64,000 nucleotides of DNA from NCBI GenBank assembly GCA_024704765.1, contig JAKMXF010000365.1, positions 558,001-622,000 of the forward strand, given 5' to 3'. Each line of letters opens with the position of its first letter. The first letter of the stretch is position 1. This document shows positions 1 through 10,827 of the stretch, piece after piece. The DNA comes from Oopsacas minuta. Taxonomy: Eukaryota; Animalia; Porifera. The notes beneath the pieces were generated by a model that saw only the letters and a list, made by a program, of their open reading frames with translations, was not told where the DNA came from and did no database searches. The position numbers and the translations under genes were made by a program.

Positions 1-1510
1 GCTCAGCTGGTAGCTTGGCTAGGTAAGAACAAAGAGTATGTCAGTCCAGGTGAGGGAAAATAATAACAATAATTTATATGAATAATATGCTAATACATAT
101 TAAGATATATACAGGTGAAACTACTAACCAATGGAGAGATCTAGTACATTCATTGGGAGGAATGATGTGTTCCTCTCTCCACGAGATGAAAGAGATCAAT
201 ACCGTCCTTCCTCTTTACACATTCTCTCCGTGGGGTCTACTTCCTAAAAACACCTCGCTCCTACAGGGTACCATACCTAGAGAGACTGTATGTACCAATA
301 ACCTCACCCCTCTCGTTAAAATGCTCCCTTGTCCTAGTAAGGGTCTCTCCCAGTTGCTCCTTCCTAAGTCTCTATTCAACAACCTTTATCACTCTCTATC
401 CGTACACCTGTACTATACAGAAGAAGAAGGAGAGCTAGCTATGAGGATAGAGTTATACTTCTCTCTTGTATTTAATACTAGGAAATGGGAACGAAAAGGA
501 TTTTCTATATCAGATTTATTTGGTTCAGGAGTGACGTCATTGTGTCCTCTTGTAGTGAGAGAAGAGAGTAGAGTTAGAATCGATTTAAGTGAGCTAAAAG
601 ACCCTCACCTCCTACAGGTTAAGAACAATAAATTCGTGTTTAGTTCATCTCCTCAGCGATCAACTCCCTTCTACAAACTGCTACATAACTCAACAGCTGT
701 TAACCCTAAATTCAAGTGGACATCCCCACAGACAGAAAAAAATCTGTTCAATACACAACAAATATTGTTAATAAACAGGTTTGTTACATTTATATAATTA
801 GATTAATGACTATAACTAATAACTATAAGCTATTATTATACAGATATACATACAGTAATGGACTAGAAGATGGACAAATTTGTAGTGAGATTAAGAACCT
901 ATTCAACACTTCTCTTATGCTATCTCATCTCGAGACAGTTCCCTGGTACTTCAGAGTATATACACACACTATTAAGACACGGTTAATAACAGATACAGGT
1001 CAAATACTAACCACAGACTTACAAAACCATACTAGACTGTATAAGCTACAACTAGCTAGAGATAATGCACAGCCTCTTATGCTAGAAATGATACACGCTC
1101 TATCTCCTAATACAACACTACACATATGTACTTATTTTCAAAGAGCTGTGTTACATTGGAATAGTTACCCTCCTGATGCGCATCATGGTTTCTACGTACC
1201 TCCAATTGTACTCAGACCTGTCTCATTCTCGCGCGGAATTTCACACCTATTAAATTTAGAAGATTGGACTCCATTAGAGTATACAGAACTGATATATAGC
1301 CGTCCTCTTCTCATCTCACTAGCTACTCCTGATTTCAGTATGCCTTATAATGTGCTGTGTCTAGTCTGTACAGCTGTAGGGATTGGATTTGCTCTCATTT
1401 ACAGACTCAGTACTCAACCTGTTAAGATAGGGCTAGATACTGTTGATACTGGGGGAGAGGGAATTATTATGCGTATAATGAAATTATTTAGAAAAGTTAG
1501 AACTGATTGA
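1..1510 (+). CDS. PIGT: GPI transamidase component PIG-T (5' end outside window); exons <1-49, 115-778, 844-1510
   Basis: Spliced frame AQLVAWL...W..L...L.G..C.SL, INR|YTYSNGLEDGQI and C-terminal ISLATPDFSMPYNVLCL plus TM match PIG-T; two 65-nt GT-AG introns (50-114, 779-843) join the frames. Confidence 0.92.
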
Positions 1511-1934
1511 GTTATTGCTGTATTAATTATATTAGATTGCAGAAATTTATATTCGCCTTATTCAATGCGGGTTTGTTAAATCGAATTTACGTGATTATAC
1601 AGAATAAATGGTACAATTTATGTAACACGCAAACCTTCTACTCCCTAAGGAAATGGGTATATCATATGATTAGCTAATGCATAGGCTATGGCTAATGATT
1701 TGCTTGGCATGACTTTTTACAATACATACATTATCCTGTTTACCTAATAATTGTGCTAATACAATGAAATGCATGGATTTGATGCTATTTAATCTTATTA
1801 TTACAAACATACAAATATGTATAATGGTTTATTAACGTGCTTTTAACTCATTATGTAATATATCTATCACTAAATAAAGGTGTATTATACAAGGCTATTA
1901 TATAAAGAAGTAAAATATATTATTATTGTTTCTG

Positions 1935-3038
1935 ATGTTATACCTTGAACTACTAAAAATATTCGACCCCTATATCCCCATAGCATTCTTGCTCGTATCT
2001 CTATACATCTTTTACAGATTATGCAGAAATCATTACCTTCTCTATCGTCAGTTACAAGATATCAAACTCAATCACCCATTCAGTAATACAAGAGATGAGT
2101 ACTTTAACATAGCAAAACTCAAGAATATATTTATCTTAATAATACTAGCAATAGAGATTGCTATCAACTTGATTGGAAGTGTAGGATGGCTGATAGTGAA
2201 TATTGAGAGTCACAATTTGCCAACGTCAATCAATTTGTCAGATAACTGTATAATCTATGAGAACAGAAATTTGGTAGCTTTGGGATATTGGAAAGGTTGG
2301 TTTTTATATCTGCTAACTCGAATTGTAGAAGTTATCAGTTTGTCTTTATTACCAACAATATGTTGTGCATTGAATGTAATGAGATGTTGCTACTTATCTC
2401 ATCCTTATAAGAAGAGCGTTAAATTTTGGAAATATTTTATTGGAGTAAGATCCATTTTACTGCTAATACTCTCTAACACCATCTTCACGTTTGTATTGTA
2501 CTACATATCCCAAATAATATTATTTTGGTTGGATCTTATTGTATATTTGATATACGCAGTGAGGCTAAAACTGGTCCTCAGGTCAATACGAAATGCAGCG
2601 CTAATCCAGCATGTTTCATCAACCTCTCGCAAGACCATAATTTCAACCAAAACAAACTACGATGAATGCCGTAAATCTGTTAAAGTATTCTCAATCACTA
2701 CCTTTTTCACTTTTATCCTGGAGTTTGTTCTAATCCTTCAAGTAACTATCAACGGGATTATTCTGCTTGTAACAACACTAGTAGTGAACAGCTGTTACTT
2801 CAGTTATATAACCTTGGGTTACTTACATATCGATTTTACCGCGGCTTCCCTGGAAAAGATTGATCATTTTCGGTCACACGCATATGTTCTATCGTTCTCA
2901 TTATCGTATTTTCACCAATTCTTGATGTTCATTGCATATATAGCATTTTTCCGTTTAAGTTTCCAAAGAGTAAACCTCAAGCAATTAGAGAAGAAAATTA
3001 GGAATATGCTAGACAATACTTATTATAACCACGAGTGA
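1935..3038 (+). CDS. Orphan multi-pass (~7TM) membrane protein, lineage-specific family
   Basis: Intronless ORF (first ATG 1935) with about 7 hydrophobic segments; similar layout and motifs to the ORF at 6594-7688; no recognised family. Confidence 0.75.
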   Translation: MLYLELLKIFDPYIPIAFLLVSLYIFYRLCRNHYLLYRQLQDIKLNHPFSNTRDEYFNIAKLKNIFILIILAIEIAINLIGSVGWLIVNIESHNLPTSINLSDNCIIYENRNLVALGYWKGWFLYLLTRIVEVISLSLLPTICCALNVMRCCYLSHPYKKSVKFWKYFIGVRSILLLILSNTIFTFVLYYISQIILFWLDLIVYLIYAVRLKLVLRSIRNAALIQHVSSTSRKTIISTKTNYDECRKSVKVFSITTFFTFILEFVLILQVTINGIILLVTTLVVNSCYFSYITLGYLHIDFTAASLEKIDHFRSHAYVLSFSLSYFHQFLMFIAYIAFFRLSFQRVNLKQLEKKIRNMLDNTYYNHE

Positions 3039-3139
3039 AGTGTTCAGGATATTTCGTAGCTAAAAGTCTCAATTCTTATGTATCCTATTTAGCGTATTGT
3101 TGTATTTATATGGAAATTGTGTGACTTAAATGAATAAGG

Positions 3140-3536
3140 ATTGTTGGTAATAAAGACAAACTGATAACTTCTACAATTCGAGTTAGCAGATATAAAAACC
3201 AACCCTTCCAATATCCCAAAGCTACCAAATTTCTGTTCTCATAGATTATACAGTTATCTGACAAATTGATTGACGTTGGCAAATTGTGACTCTCAATATT
3301 CACTATCAGCCATCCTACACTTCCAATCAAGTTGATAGCAATCTCTATTGCTAGTATTATTAAGATAAATATATTCTTGAGTTTTGCTATGTTAAAGTAC
3401 TCATCTCTTGTATTACTGAATGGGTGATTGAGTTTGATATCTTGTAACTGACGATAGAGAAGGTAATGATTTCTGCATAATCTGTAAAAGATGTATAGAG
3501 ATAGGAGTAATAATGCTATGGGGATATAGGGGTCGA
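3140..3536 (-). pseudogene. Inverted, truncated duplicate of 1963-2359 (5' part of the orphan 7TM CDS)
   Basis: Base-by-base reverse complement of 1963-2359: 397 bp with 4 mismatches; no in-frame ATG; frame ends at 3106. Confidence 0.9.
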
Positions 3537-3629
3537 TTCTTTTTAGAAAACTTTAGCTATATAAGTGGCAATAAAGTGAACTATCTGTTTCAAAATATTA
3601 CTTATAGAATAATTGTATTACCAATAATA

Positions 3630-4568
3630 ATGACATCAAAAGAACCTTCATCTAATCAATCTCGTATAATGTCACGTCTACAGCGTCTACTGAACGAGAA
3701 GAGCTATTACGAAGCTCTGCAACTATACCTTACATTGTATGCTCGCTATCTCACCAGTAAGGGACCAGAAGAGGCAGGAGACCTCCTATTCGATGGGATA
3801 CAAGTATTCCTATCTCTCGGACAGCTGGAGAGTGTAGAAGAACTCGCGATAAAATGGGCGGAGCATCTAAGAACACACTCTATCCCAGTGAGTGAGAAAG
3901 AAATAGATCGTGTCCTGACTATTACGAAACAGTTTCCAGTCTCACAGAAAGAAGCAGCACCAGTTATAAAACTAATGCGTATCTGTATAAAATGGTCACA
4001 AGAAAACGGGGAGAGAAGAGTTGGAGACATAGCACTGCATTATGAGCTAGCTGACATCCTGTGGAGACTACAGCGATATAGTGAGGCGAAGAAGCATTTT
4101 ATTCACGGAGGACAACCGAATGACTTCGCTCTTCGTGTTTTAGACCTCTCCCTTAAGGGTGGCTATCCTGGAGAGACTGGTCTATTCATCACACAAACGG
4201 TACTGTGTATGTTAGGGGAGGAAGGGTACATGATAGAAGCTAATGAGGTATTCAGAGTGTTTGTAACAAATCATCCACATTTGGTTAATGCTTTCCCATA
4301 CAAAGGTTATCCCCTGCTTAACTACACTCATATGATACTAGAAGTGTTACTAGACGAATCTGTACAACAAATATCTACAATAGAGAAATGTCAATACTTG
4401 ACACAACAATACTCAACTGCCTTACAAGCAGATCCTTCTGTAATGGAGTTAATCAACAAACTAAACTTCATTCAAATACATCCATTCAGTGGAATGATGC
4501 AAACTATGCCTCCTTGCTCCGTAAATCAAGAAAAAACGAAAGTGGAGGAAAGTGAGGGATTAGACTAA
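3630..4568 (+). CDS. GET4: Golgi to ER traffic protein 4 (GET4/TRC35), intronless
   Basis: YYEALQLYLTLYARY, GDIALH, Y.EAKKHF.HG, ETGLFITQTVL..L and PLLNY motifs; probable start is ATG 3630 (MTSKE). Confidence 0.9.
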   Translation: MTSKEPSSNQSRIMSRLQRLLNEKSYYEALQLYLTLYARYLTSKGPEEAGDLLFDGIQVFLSLGQLESVEELAIKWAEHLRTHSIPVSEKEIDRVLTITKQFPVSQKEAAPVIKLMRICIKWSQENGERRVGDIALHYELADILWRLQRYSEAKKHFIHGGQPNDFALRVLDLSLKGGYPGETGLFITQTVLCMLGEEGYMIEANEVFRVFVTNHPHLVNAFPYKGYPLLNYTHMILEVLLDESVQQISTIEKCQYLTQQYSTALQADPSVMELINKLNFIQIHPFSGMMQTMPPCSVNQEKTKVEESEGLD

Positions 4569-5063
4569 ATATATGATATGTATATGTATTCGTTTGTAGT
4601 TTACTTACAAATTACATTGAATGTATTATTCGTATTGGTAGGTGCATTTAATGGAAAACAAACATTAAATAGGTAGTAACCAGCAGGCTAGGTAGTATAT
4701 TGAATCTATTTTTAATAACGCGCAAGTGTTGTAGGTAAGAAATGTTTGTTTGTAGTAATTTAGCATAATGGACTAGTTTCACAAACTGAAAATCACATCT
4801 AGATCTACATGGCTACACGGCTACATGTGCAAGAATTCATTAACATCCTCAAAATAATTCTTTACTAATGGTGATAGGATAATGTTATTCTATTAATAAT
4901 TGCATATAGTACATTTTTATGTATTTTAATCTTTGAATATTGAAATTATTCAAATTAACGTAGGTTACGCAGTACGTAGTGTGTATTTGTAGATTTACAG
5001 TCTCGAAATTATGTATAAATTAAAATTTTATTAAATTATAAAAACACAAATAAGTATTTACGA

Positions 5064-6575
5064 ATGAAGGTTTCAAAAATAAGAGCCAACATAAGCGGAA
5101 TATGTCCTGTCTTGATAGCAACGTTATCAGCCAATCTAGGTTCATTCGTGCTAGGCTATAGCATTGGGTTTCCATCCCCAATACAGGATCATGTTAAGAG
5201 GATTGGCCTATTAGATGACACTACATTTCCTATATTCTCATCTTCCGTATTCTTGGCTGCTATACTGGGGTCTCTTCTCGTATTGTTATCAGCTGATCTT
5301 GTAGGTAGGAAAGCGCTCATAATTCTATTCACACTCCCGAGTAGCCTAGGATGGTGTATGATAGCATCAGGATACAGTGGCGCTATTATGCTAATGGGTA
5401 GAGCTCTCACAGGAATTGCATGGGGAGGAATATCTTCACTTACCTCTGTGTACATTGCAGATTTAGCTCCAAAGAAATTCAAAGGGTTATATGGTAGTAT
5501 ATTTACCCATGCATTTGTTGGTGGAATATTCGTTAGTAACTTCCTTGGTATTTACCTTAAATTCCAATGGTTAGCATTAGTACCTGTTAGTGTAAATTTG
5601 TTACAGGGCTTGCTAATGTTCTGGCAGCCTGACTCCCCCACATGGCTTATATCAAGGAGTTTGGATAAAAAAGCAATGAAAACGTTAAAGTATCTGCGTG
5701 GTAGTGAGCATGACTGTTTAGCCGAATTTAACCAAATACAGAAAATAGTGATGGAAAAACAATTGACAATATCCGAACGCTTTTGTTTATTATTTACAAA
5801 AGTTCGTTATTTGAAACCTCTTGCTGTAGTGTGTTTTTGTTTTGTCTGCAATGGATTTACTGGAGTATCTGTGATTACGTCATATTCCGCTGAAATATTA
5901 GAATCTAGTAGCTTGATTCCACCAAAAGTTGCCTCTCTTGTCCCTACACTTATGCAATCTTTCTCAATGTTATTCTGTACAATATTAGTTGATAGGGTAG
6001 GAAGAAAACCTCTGTTAATAATCTCCTCTGTTGGAATTGCTCTGTGTTATGCAATGCTTTCAGGCTACCATTTCAGCTCACTATACATCTGGCCACAATG
6101 CTATTCCATCGGACAAAACACTTCATATAATTCTAATATACAAAGATTAGTTATGAGTGAGGATTTTTGTAGCTCCATTACACTATTGCCTATGATTGCA
6201 CTCCTTACTATAAGATTCATGTATGGGGTAGGTTGGGGCCCGTTACCTTGGATATTACTTGGAGAAACATTTCCTCTTAAGGTAAGATCAGCAGCAGCAT
6301 CCATATCTGTTATAACAAGACTACTATTTTCTGGCGTACCAATACTTGTATTCCCTTATCTTAAGCAATTGATTGGACAGGAATATGTGTTTCTTATTTT
6401 CCTATTTCTAAATATTACATCACCATTTTTCGTATTTATATTTGTCCCAGAGACAAAAGGGAAGAGCCTGGAAGAGGTTGAAGACTTGTTTAAGAAAAGA
6501 ATTGTATTTATTACATGCAAATATTCATGTCATAAATCTGAGAATGAAATTTATATACATACAACAGTTAATTAA
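5064..6575 (+). CDS. MFS sugar porter, GLUT8/GLUT6 (class III, Tret1-like) type, intronless
   Basis: 12 TM; DLVGRK and DRVGRKPLL loops, PDSP, GWGPLPW and PETKGKSLEE motifs; NTS glycosylated loop between TM9 and TM10 as in class III GLUTs. Confidence 0.93.
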   Translation: MKVSKIRANISGICPVLIATLSANLGSFVLGYSIGFPSPIQDHVKRIGLLDDTTFPIFSSSVFLAAILGSLLVLLSADLVGRKALIILFTLPSSLGWCMIASGYSGAIMLMGRALTGIAWGGISSLTSVYIADLAPKKFKGLYGSIFTHAFVGGIFVSNFLGIYLKFQWLALVPVSVNLLQGLLMFWQPDSPTWLISRSLDKKAMKTLKYLRGSEHDCLAEFNQIQKIVMEKQLTISERFCLLFTKVRYLKPLAVVCFCFVCNGFTGVSVITSYSAEILESSSLIPPKVASLVPTLMQSFSMLFCTILVDRVGRKPLLIISSVGIALCYAMLSGYHFSSLYIWPQCYSIGQNTSYNSNIQRLVMSEDFCSSITLLPMIALLTIRFMYGVGWGPLPWILLGETFPLKVRSAAASISVITRLLFSGVPILVFPYLKQLIGQEYVFLIFLFLNITSPFFVFIFVPETKGKSLEEVEDLFKKRIVFITCKYSCHKSENEIYIHTTVN

Positions 6576-6593
6576 ATTGAAGGATATTCAATA

Positions 6594-7688
6594 TTATTTA
6601 GCAAAGCTATCGTTGTTATATCTGTAGGTATAATTTCTAGATCTGTATCTCTTAACACATTCATAAAATATTGGAAATACTGTCATAGCGAATGAAGGTA
6701 TAACGATGGATAATGTGTAGAAAAGATAGATCAGTTGAGTAATTTTAATAACGAATTCTTCCATCCCTCTCTTCCCTTCAGAAGGGTACTGGTATCTAGG
6801 TTTTTCGTTCAATAAATTTATACCGAAAATCTTTGCTAATGCTCTTGAATCATCAATCAACACAAAGAAATAGTTTAACTTAACTAATCCAAACGCGATA
6901 ACGAGGAGTAGTAACGAGAAGAGCAATACTTTCTTGAAAACATTGTATAGCCTGTATCCGCCCAATTCTTCTCTGTACTCTTCCTTATTGTGCGACGAAG
7001 TTTCATCCAAATGTGATTTTAACGCCTGAGAGAGATTACGATGATCTCTAAACAATACCAACCAATTTATCAAACCAATTATTGGGAAAAGTATGAAGGA
7101 ACATATGAAAGTATGGAGAGTAGAGCTGAATGCTATGATAACACATTGTAGAAGTAACCATACGATATATTTAACAATTGTTAATTTGAAGTGATGATTC
7201 AAGTATCTAGCAGTTATATACCTGGTCAGTATTGAGAAAGAGAAGAAAAGTAGCGAATACAGCATAACACTCATATTATATATTATGATGTAGGAGGGGT
7301 AAGCATATACTAATACGAATAGTGGTTCAATAGAGTTTGAATTATTAGTTTTAAATTCATATAGAGTTGCATTATACCTTGGAGTTTCTAACAATTTCCT
7401 ATTCAAGAAATAAGCCAATCCTATCCAGCATATTACAACAATTTCAACACACAGGCATGCTAGCATAAGAAGATATTTGACAATATATGTCTTTAGATTG
7501 TATAATTTTTTCTGTTTAGACGCTGGGTGCCTATATGGTGATCTCTTACAAGCTTTGTACATTGAAAACACAATTACAAATTGTCTTAAGCATCTTATTA
7601 ACCAACCAAGATTGAGAAACTCTACAATTATAAGATTAGCTACTATGCTTATTACCTGTATTCTATCAAATTCTGTTTCAAAACTCAT
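6594..7688 (-). CDS. Orphan multi-pass (~7TM) membrane protein, paralog-like to 1935-3038
   Basis: 364-aa intronless ORF with ATG and ~7 hydrophobic segments; shared YL.H.(Y/F)K and K....L.....IE/VE motifs. Confidence 0.75.
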   Translation of the reverse strand: MSFETEFDRIQVISIVANLIIVEFLNLGWLIRCLRQFVIVFSMYKACKRSPYRHPASKQKKLYNLKTYIVKYLLMLACLCVEIVVICWIGLAYFLNRKLLETPRYNATLYEFKTNNSNSIEPLFVLVYAYPSYIIIYNMSVMLYSLLFFSFSILTRYITARYLNHHFKLTIVKYIVWLLLQCVIIAFSSTLHTFICSFILFPIIGLINWLVLFRDHRNLSQALKSHLDETSSHNKEEYREELGGYRLYNVFKKVLLFSLLLLVIAFGLVKLNYFFVLIDDSRALAKIFGINLLNEKPRYQYPSEGKRGMEEFVIKITQLIYLFYTLSIVIPSFAMTVFPIFYECVKRYRSRNYTYRYNNDSFAK

Positions 7689-8129
7689 CCTGGAAATAAT
7701 TTATGAAAATAATTGTTTAAATTATAAGAACTTACTACGTATTTATATTCCTGATTAATTCCATTCAACTAATGATTATTAGTGTGTATTATATTTCAAT
7801 TGCATAATTACTGTGTGTCGTCGTAGCAAATTGAATTACAAAGTAATGACAAATACTATACGAACTATACTGCGGGAATTTAACTTAGGAATTATCTATA
7901 CCCTGTTTACCTTGTATATCTTAAATGACAAATATCAATAATATAAACTCATTTCTCAGAAAATAAAGATCATCTGGCAATAAATCTAATAAATATTAGA
8001 TAATATTGTCTCATTTTCGCCTTTATATTCATCATTGAAAGAGTTTCAATAATTATCACTTAATTAGTGTGGTATATTTAATATTTTCAGAATAAACATT
8101 ACAGTTCTACATTACATAACATCACAATA

Positions 8130-9161
8130 TCACTTTTTAACTCTTGCAGTATCTGAATTTGTGTATTTATCCCACTTCTTCTCGGGATCATATGGTTCCC
8201 AGCGAGAAGCAGGGAATATATGCTTGTTACGCTCGTACCAGCTACGTAAACACACTTTCCCTGCATGAGATTCCTCTCTCTCTACTGACGCATCGCTAAC
8301 AAGTCGTACGTCCTCATGTACATCAAACTGGAACAAAGGGCCACTCTTTCCTCTTGCTCCAGACACAATAAAGTCATAGAACGAATTATGATGCGGTAGA
8401 ATAATGTCTTCCTTTATATACATAAGGCTCTCTACAGAAGATACTCTTAACTCATGGAACTCTCCTCTCAGACTATCAATACACCGCTGCAAGAATTTCT
8501 CTATGGTATCTCCTTTCTTCATTAGTGTCCGTCTACGATGACCTGAGCCATCCCAATATGAATACGTCACTTTCATTTCTTCGTTTTTAAGCCTTTCTTG
8601 CTTGCCTAACCATTCTTGTCTCAATTCTTCTCTAAGCCTCATCTCTCCCTCTTCTCGCTCTTTATCAGGTAGAAAACTAGTATCAACTGTAGGGTCTTTG
8701 CAAATTTTAGCTCTCTTGACTGGTCTGTTATCACTCTCCTCTTCTGAAGCTTCTCTATCACTCTCAGACGAATTCTCTTCCAAATTAAATGAGAGAAGTG
8801 ATTTATTGATATTAGGATACTTTTTATCTTTCTCTAACTCTCGTATACTCGCTCTATGCTCAGCTTCAATAGCTTGTTCAGCTTCAGTCGCTGTCTGCAT
8901 ACCTCTCTCTCTCACTAGACTCTCTCGCTTAGCTTTCATTTCTGTTAATGTTACTAATCCAACTGTAGAGCTCTTCAACTCTTCTTCGACTGCATCGTAA
9001 TTAGATTGTCCATATTTGCTTTCTATTGTCTCTACCTGGAGAGATTGTGTATCTCTGATTTTCTGTTTCATATATTCAAAATTTTGTCTGGACCTCTCTC
9101 TCTTCTTTAGCAGACTAGCTGCTCTCCCTCCTTCAGATACTGCTCCCTTGTAAACAGCCAT
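8130..9161 (-). CDS. FAM50A: FAM50/XAP5 family nuclear spliceosome-associated protein, intronless
   Basis: [91 protein letters not shown]. Confidence 0.96.
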   Translation of the reverse strand: MAVYKGAVSEGGRAASLLKKRERSRQNFEYMKQKIRDTQSLQVETIESKYGQSNYDAVEEELKSSTVGLVTLTEMKAKRESLVRERGMQTATEAEQAIEAEHRASIRELEKDKKYPNINKSLLSFNLEENSSESDREASEEESDNRPVKRAKICKDPTVDTSFLPDKEREEGEMRLREELRQEWLGKQERLKNEEMKVTYSYWDGSGHRRRTLMKKGDTIEKFLQRCIDSLRGEFHELRVSSVESLMYIKEDIILPHHNSFYDFIVSGARGKSGPLFQFDVHEDVRLVSDASVEREESHAGKVCLRSWYERNKHIFPASRWEPYDPEKKWDKYTNSDTARVKK

Positions 9162-9244
9162 CTCACAACTCTATCAAATTTCAGTATAGCAAGTAAGCAG
9201 AAAATTGAAATAAATTAGAGTTTATACAAAAATGCATTTATATA

Positions 9245-10324
9245 TTATATCAACAATTTATTCAACTCAGTTATTTGTGCAAAGGAAATTTCCCATTTCT
9301 CTTTCGCAAAAGAGTCCATTCGTTGCAACTCAATCTCACAGTTTTCTTTATCTACACAAGGAGAGCCAACTCCTAAATGGTATAAGTTAAAATGAAAAGA
9401 TTGTTCTTTCCAAATAATATTAAGTTCTGTTGAAAATCGTTGCATATGAAATATAGCCAATTCCATTGCATGAAATCTGTCAGCGAATTCAAACTTCAAA
9501 ATATGAGAGAGTTTAGCAATACAGTAAGGACAGAGAAATAAAGTTTGACTCTCAGCTTCTGGTATAGATCCACTCGGGTTCATTAGACAAGCAAAATCAT
9601 AGCAATGAGCTATTCCGAATGTGTGAGTCAATTCATGCAAAAGTACTTTAGTTAGCCTCCAAAATAATCGAGTTTGTGATACCCTTATGATGTCATTACT
9701 CTGGTCTGCGTACTTACCGAGGCTGATAACACCAGAGCCGCCCTTAAAATTTGCATGTCCTAGCACAAAATTAGCTAAATAATCTGGAAACAAATCTTCC
9801 ACTGTGACAGCAATTATTGAAAATATATTCTTTGGACGTTTCTTTTCCAAATATTTAATAACATCAAATGCTAAGTATTGGATTCTATTCGTTTGTGGAT
9901 GCAATCTATTCCGAGCTTTCATATCCTCAATGGGTATTTCTGTAACTATGGTAAACTCGCAACCGTAGAAGAATGCACGACACATTTGAGAAAGTTGTGA
10001 GAGCATTTCAGTAATCTTTTGATAGAGTAACTGATTAGATTGTAATAGCTGTGATAATATTAGTACGATTTGTATATTTCTTTGTTTCAATCTACGCCAT
10101 TCAGAGTAAGATGGAGGGAAATGGAGAGAAGATTTAAAATTAGAAAAGGATTGACTTTCTCTATTTTGTTGATGCGGGATAATATAATTAGATGTTGTGC
10201 TTGTAAAAATATCAGGATTTGATATAAATCTTATTCTCTCCTTTAAAGGAATTAATTTGAGATTAGCAGCCAATGAACGAAACTCGTTACAAGTCAGTTG
10301 ATGTAAACGATCGTTGGTATCCAT
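9245..10324 (-). CDS. Archaemetzincin-family zinc metalloprotease (AMZ2-like), intronless
   Basis: HELTHTFGIAHC (HExxHxxGxxH) followed by CLMN and LCPYC; DLFP and NFVLG motifs; probable start ATG 10324 (MDTND). Confidence 0.88.
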   Translation of the reverse strand: MDTNDRLHQLTCNEFRSLAANLKLIPLKERIRFISNPDIFTSTTSNYIIPHQQNRESQSFSNFKSSLHFPPSYSEWRRLKQRNIQIVLILSQLLQSNQLLYQKITEMLSQLSQMCRAFFYGCEFTIVTEIPIEDMKARNRLHPQTNRIQYLAFDVIKYLEKKRPKNIFSIIAVTVEDLFPDYLANFVLGHANFKGGSGVISLGKYADQSNDIIRVSQTRLFWRLTKVLLHELTHTFGIAHCYDFACLMNPSGSIPEAESQTLFLCPYCIAKLSHILKFEFADRFHAMELAIFHMQRFSTELNIIWKEQSFHFNLYHLGVGSPCVDKENCEIELQRMDSFAKEKWEISFAQITELNKLLI

Positions 10325-10827
10325 TTGTCTATAATTATAAGGACAATTCAAATAATGATAGCAAAAAATATGAAATATTAAATACGCGTAACACAATGCT
10401 ATTAAATATTATACTTCTAAAGTGAGATTAGCTAGGATGACGTATGAACACTGATATTACTTTCAACATTTTATTTGGAATAAAACCAATTAAAATAAGC
10501 AAGTATATATTTACGTATATTAATTGTTAAATACAGCTTTGTATAAAATTTATGATTAATACAATTTTACACCATTTTTATTATTATATTTGTATCATTC
10601 AATTTACACGGAATATTTCAATTCTTGCTAACAGCATCAATACTATTGAAATAATTAGCATCAAATCTACAAGTACCAAAGTACTGGACATATTAATCAC
10701 AAGGCATAGAACAATCTACCAATAATGGATGAATTACCGAATAGGTGCAACCCGCATGAGCTGTTCTTTGAAATATATAAATGAAGATTACTAGTAATTC
10801 AAATAAAGATTAATTCATTTGGAAGAG

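Noticed and set aside
3513-3629. N-terminal extension of GET4 in the ORF track
   Set aside because: It begins inside the inverted duplicate and shows no GET4 similarity; ATG 3630 fits the family start.
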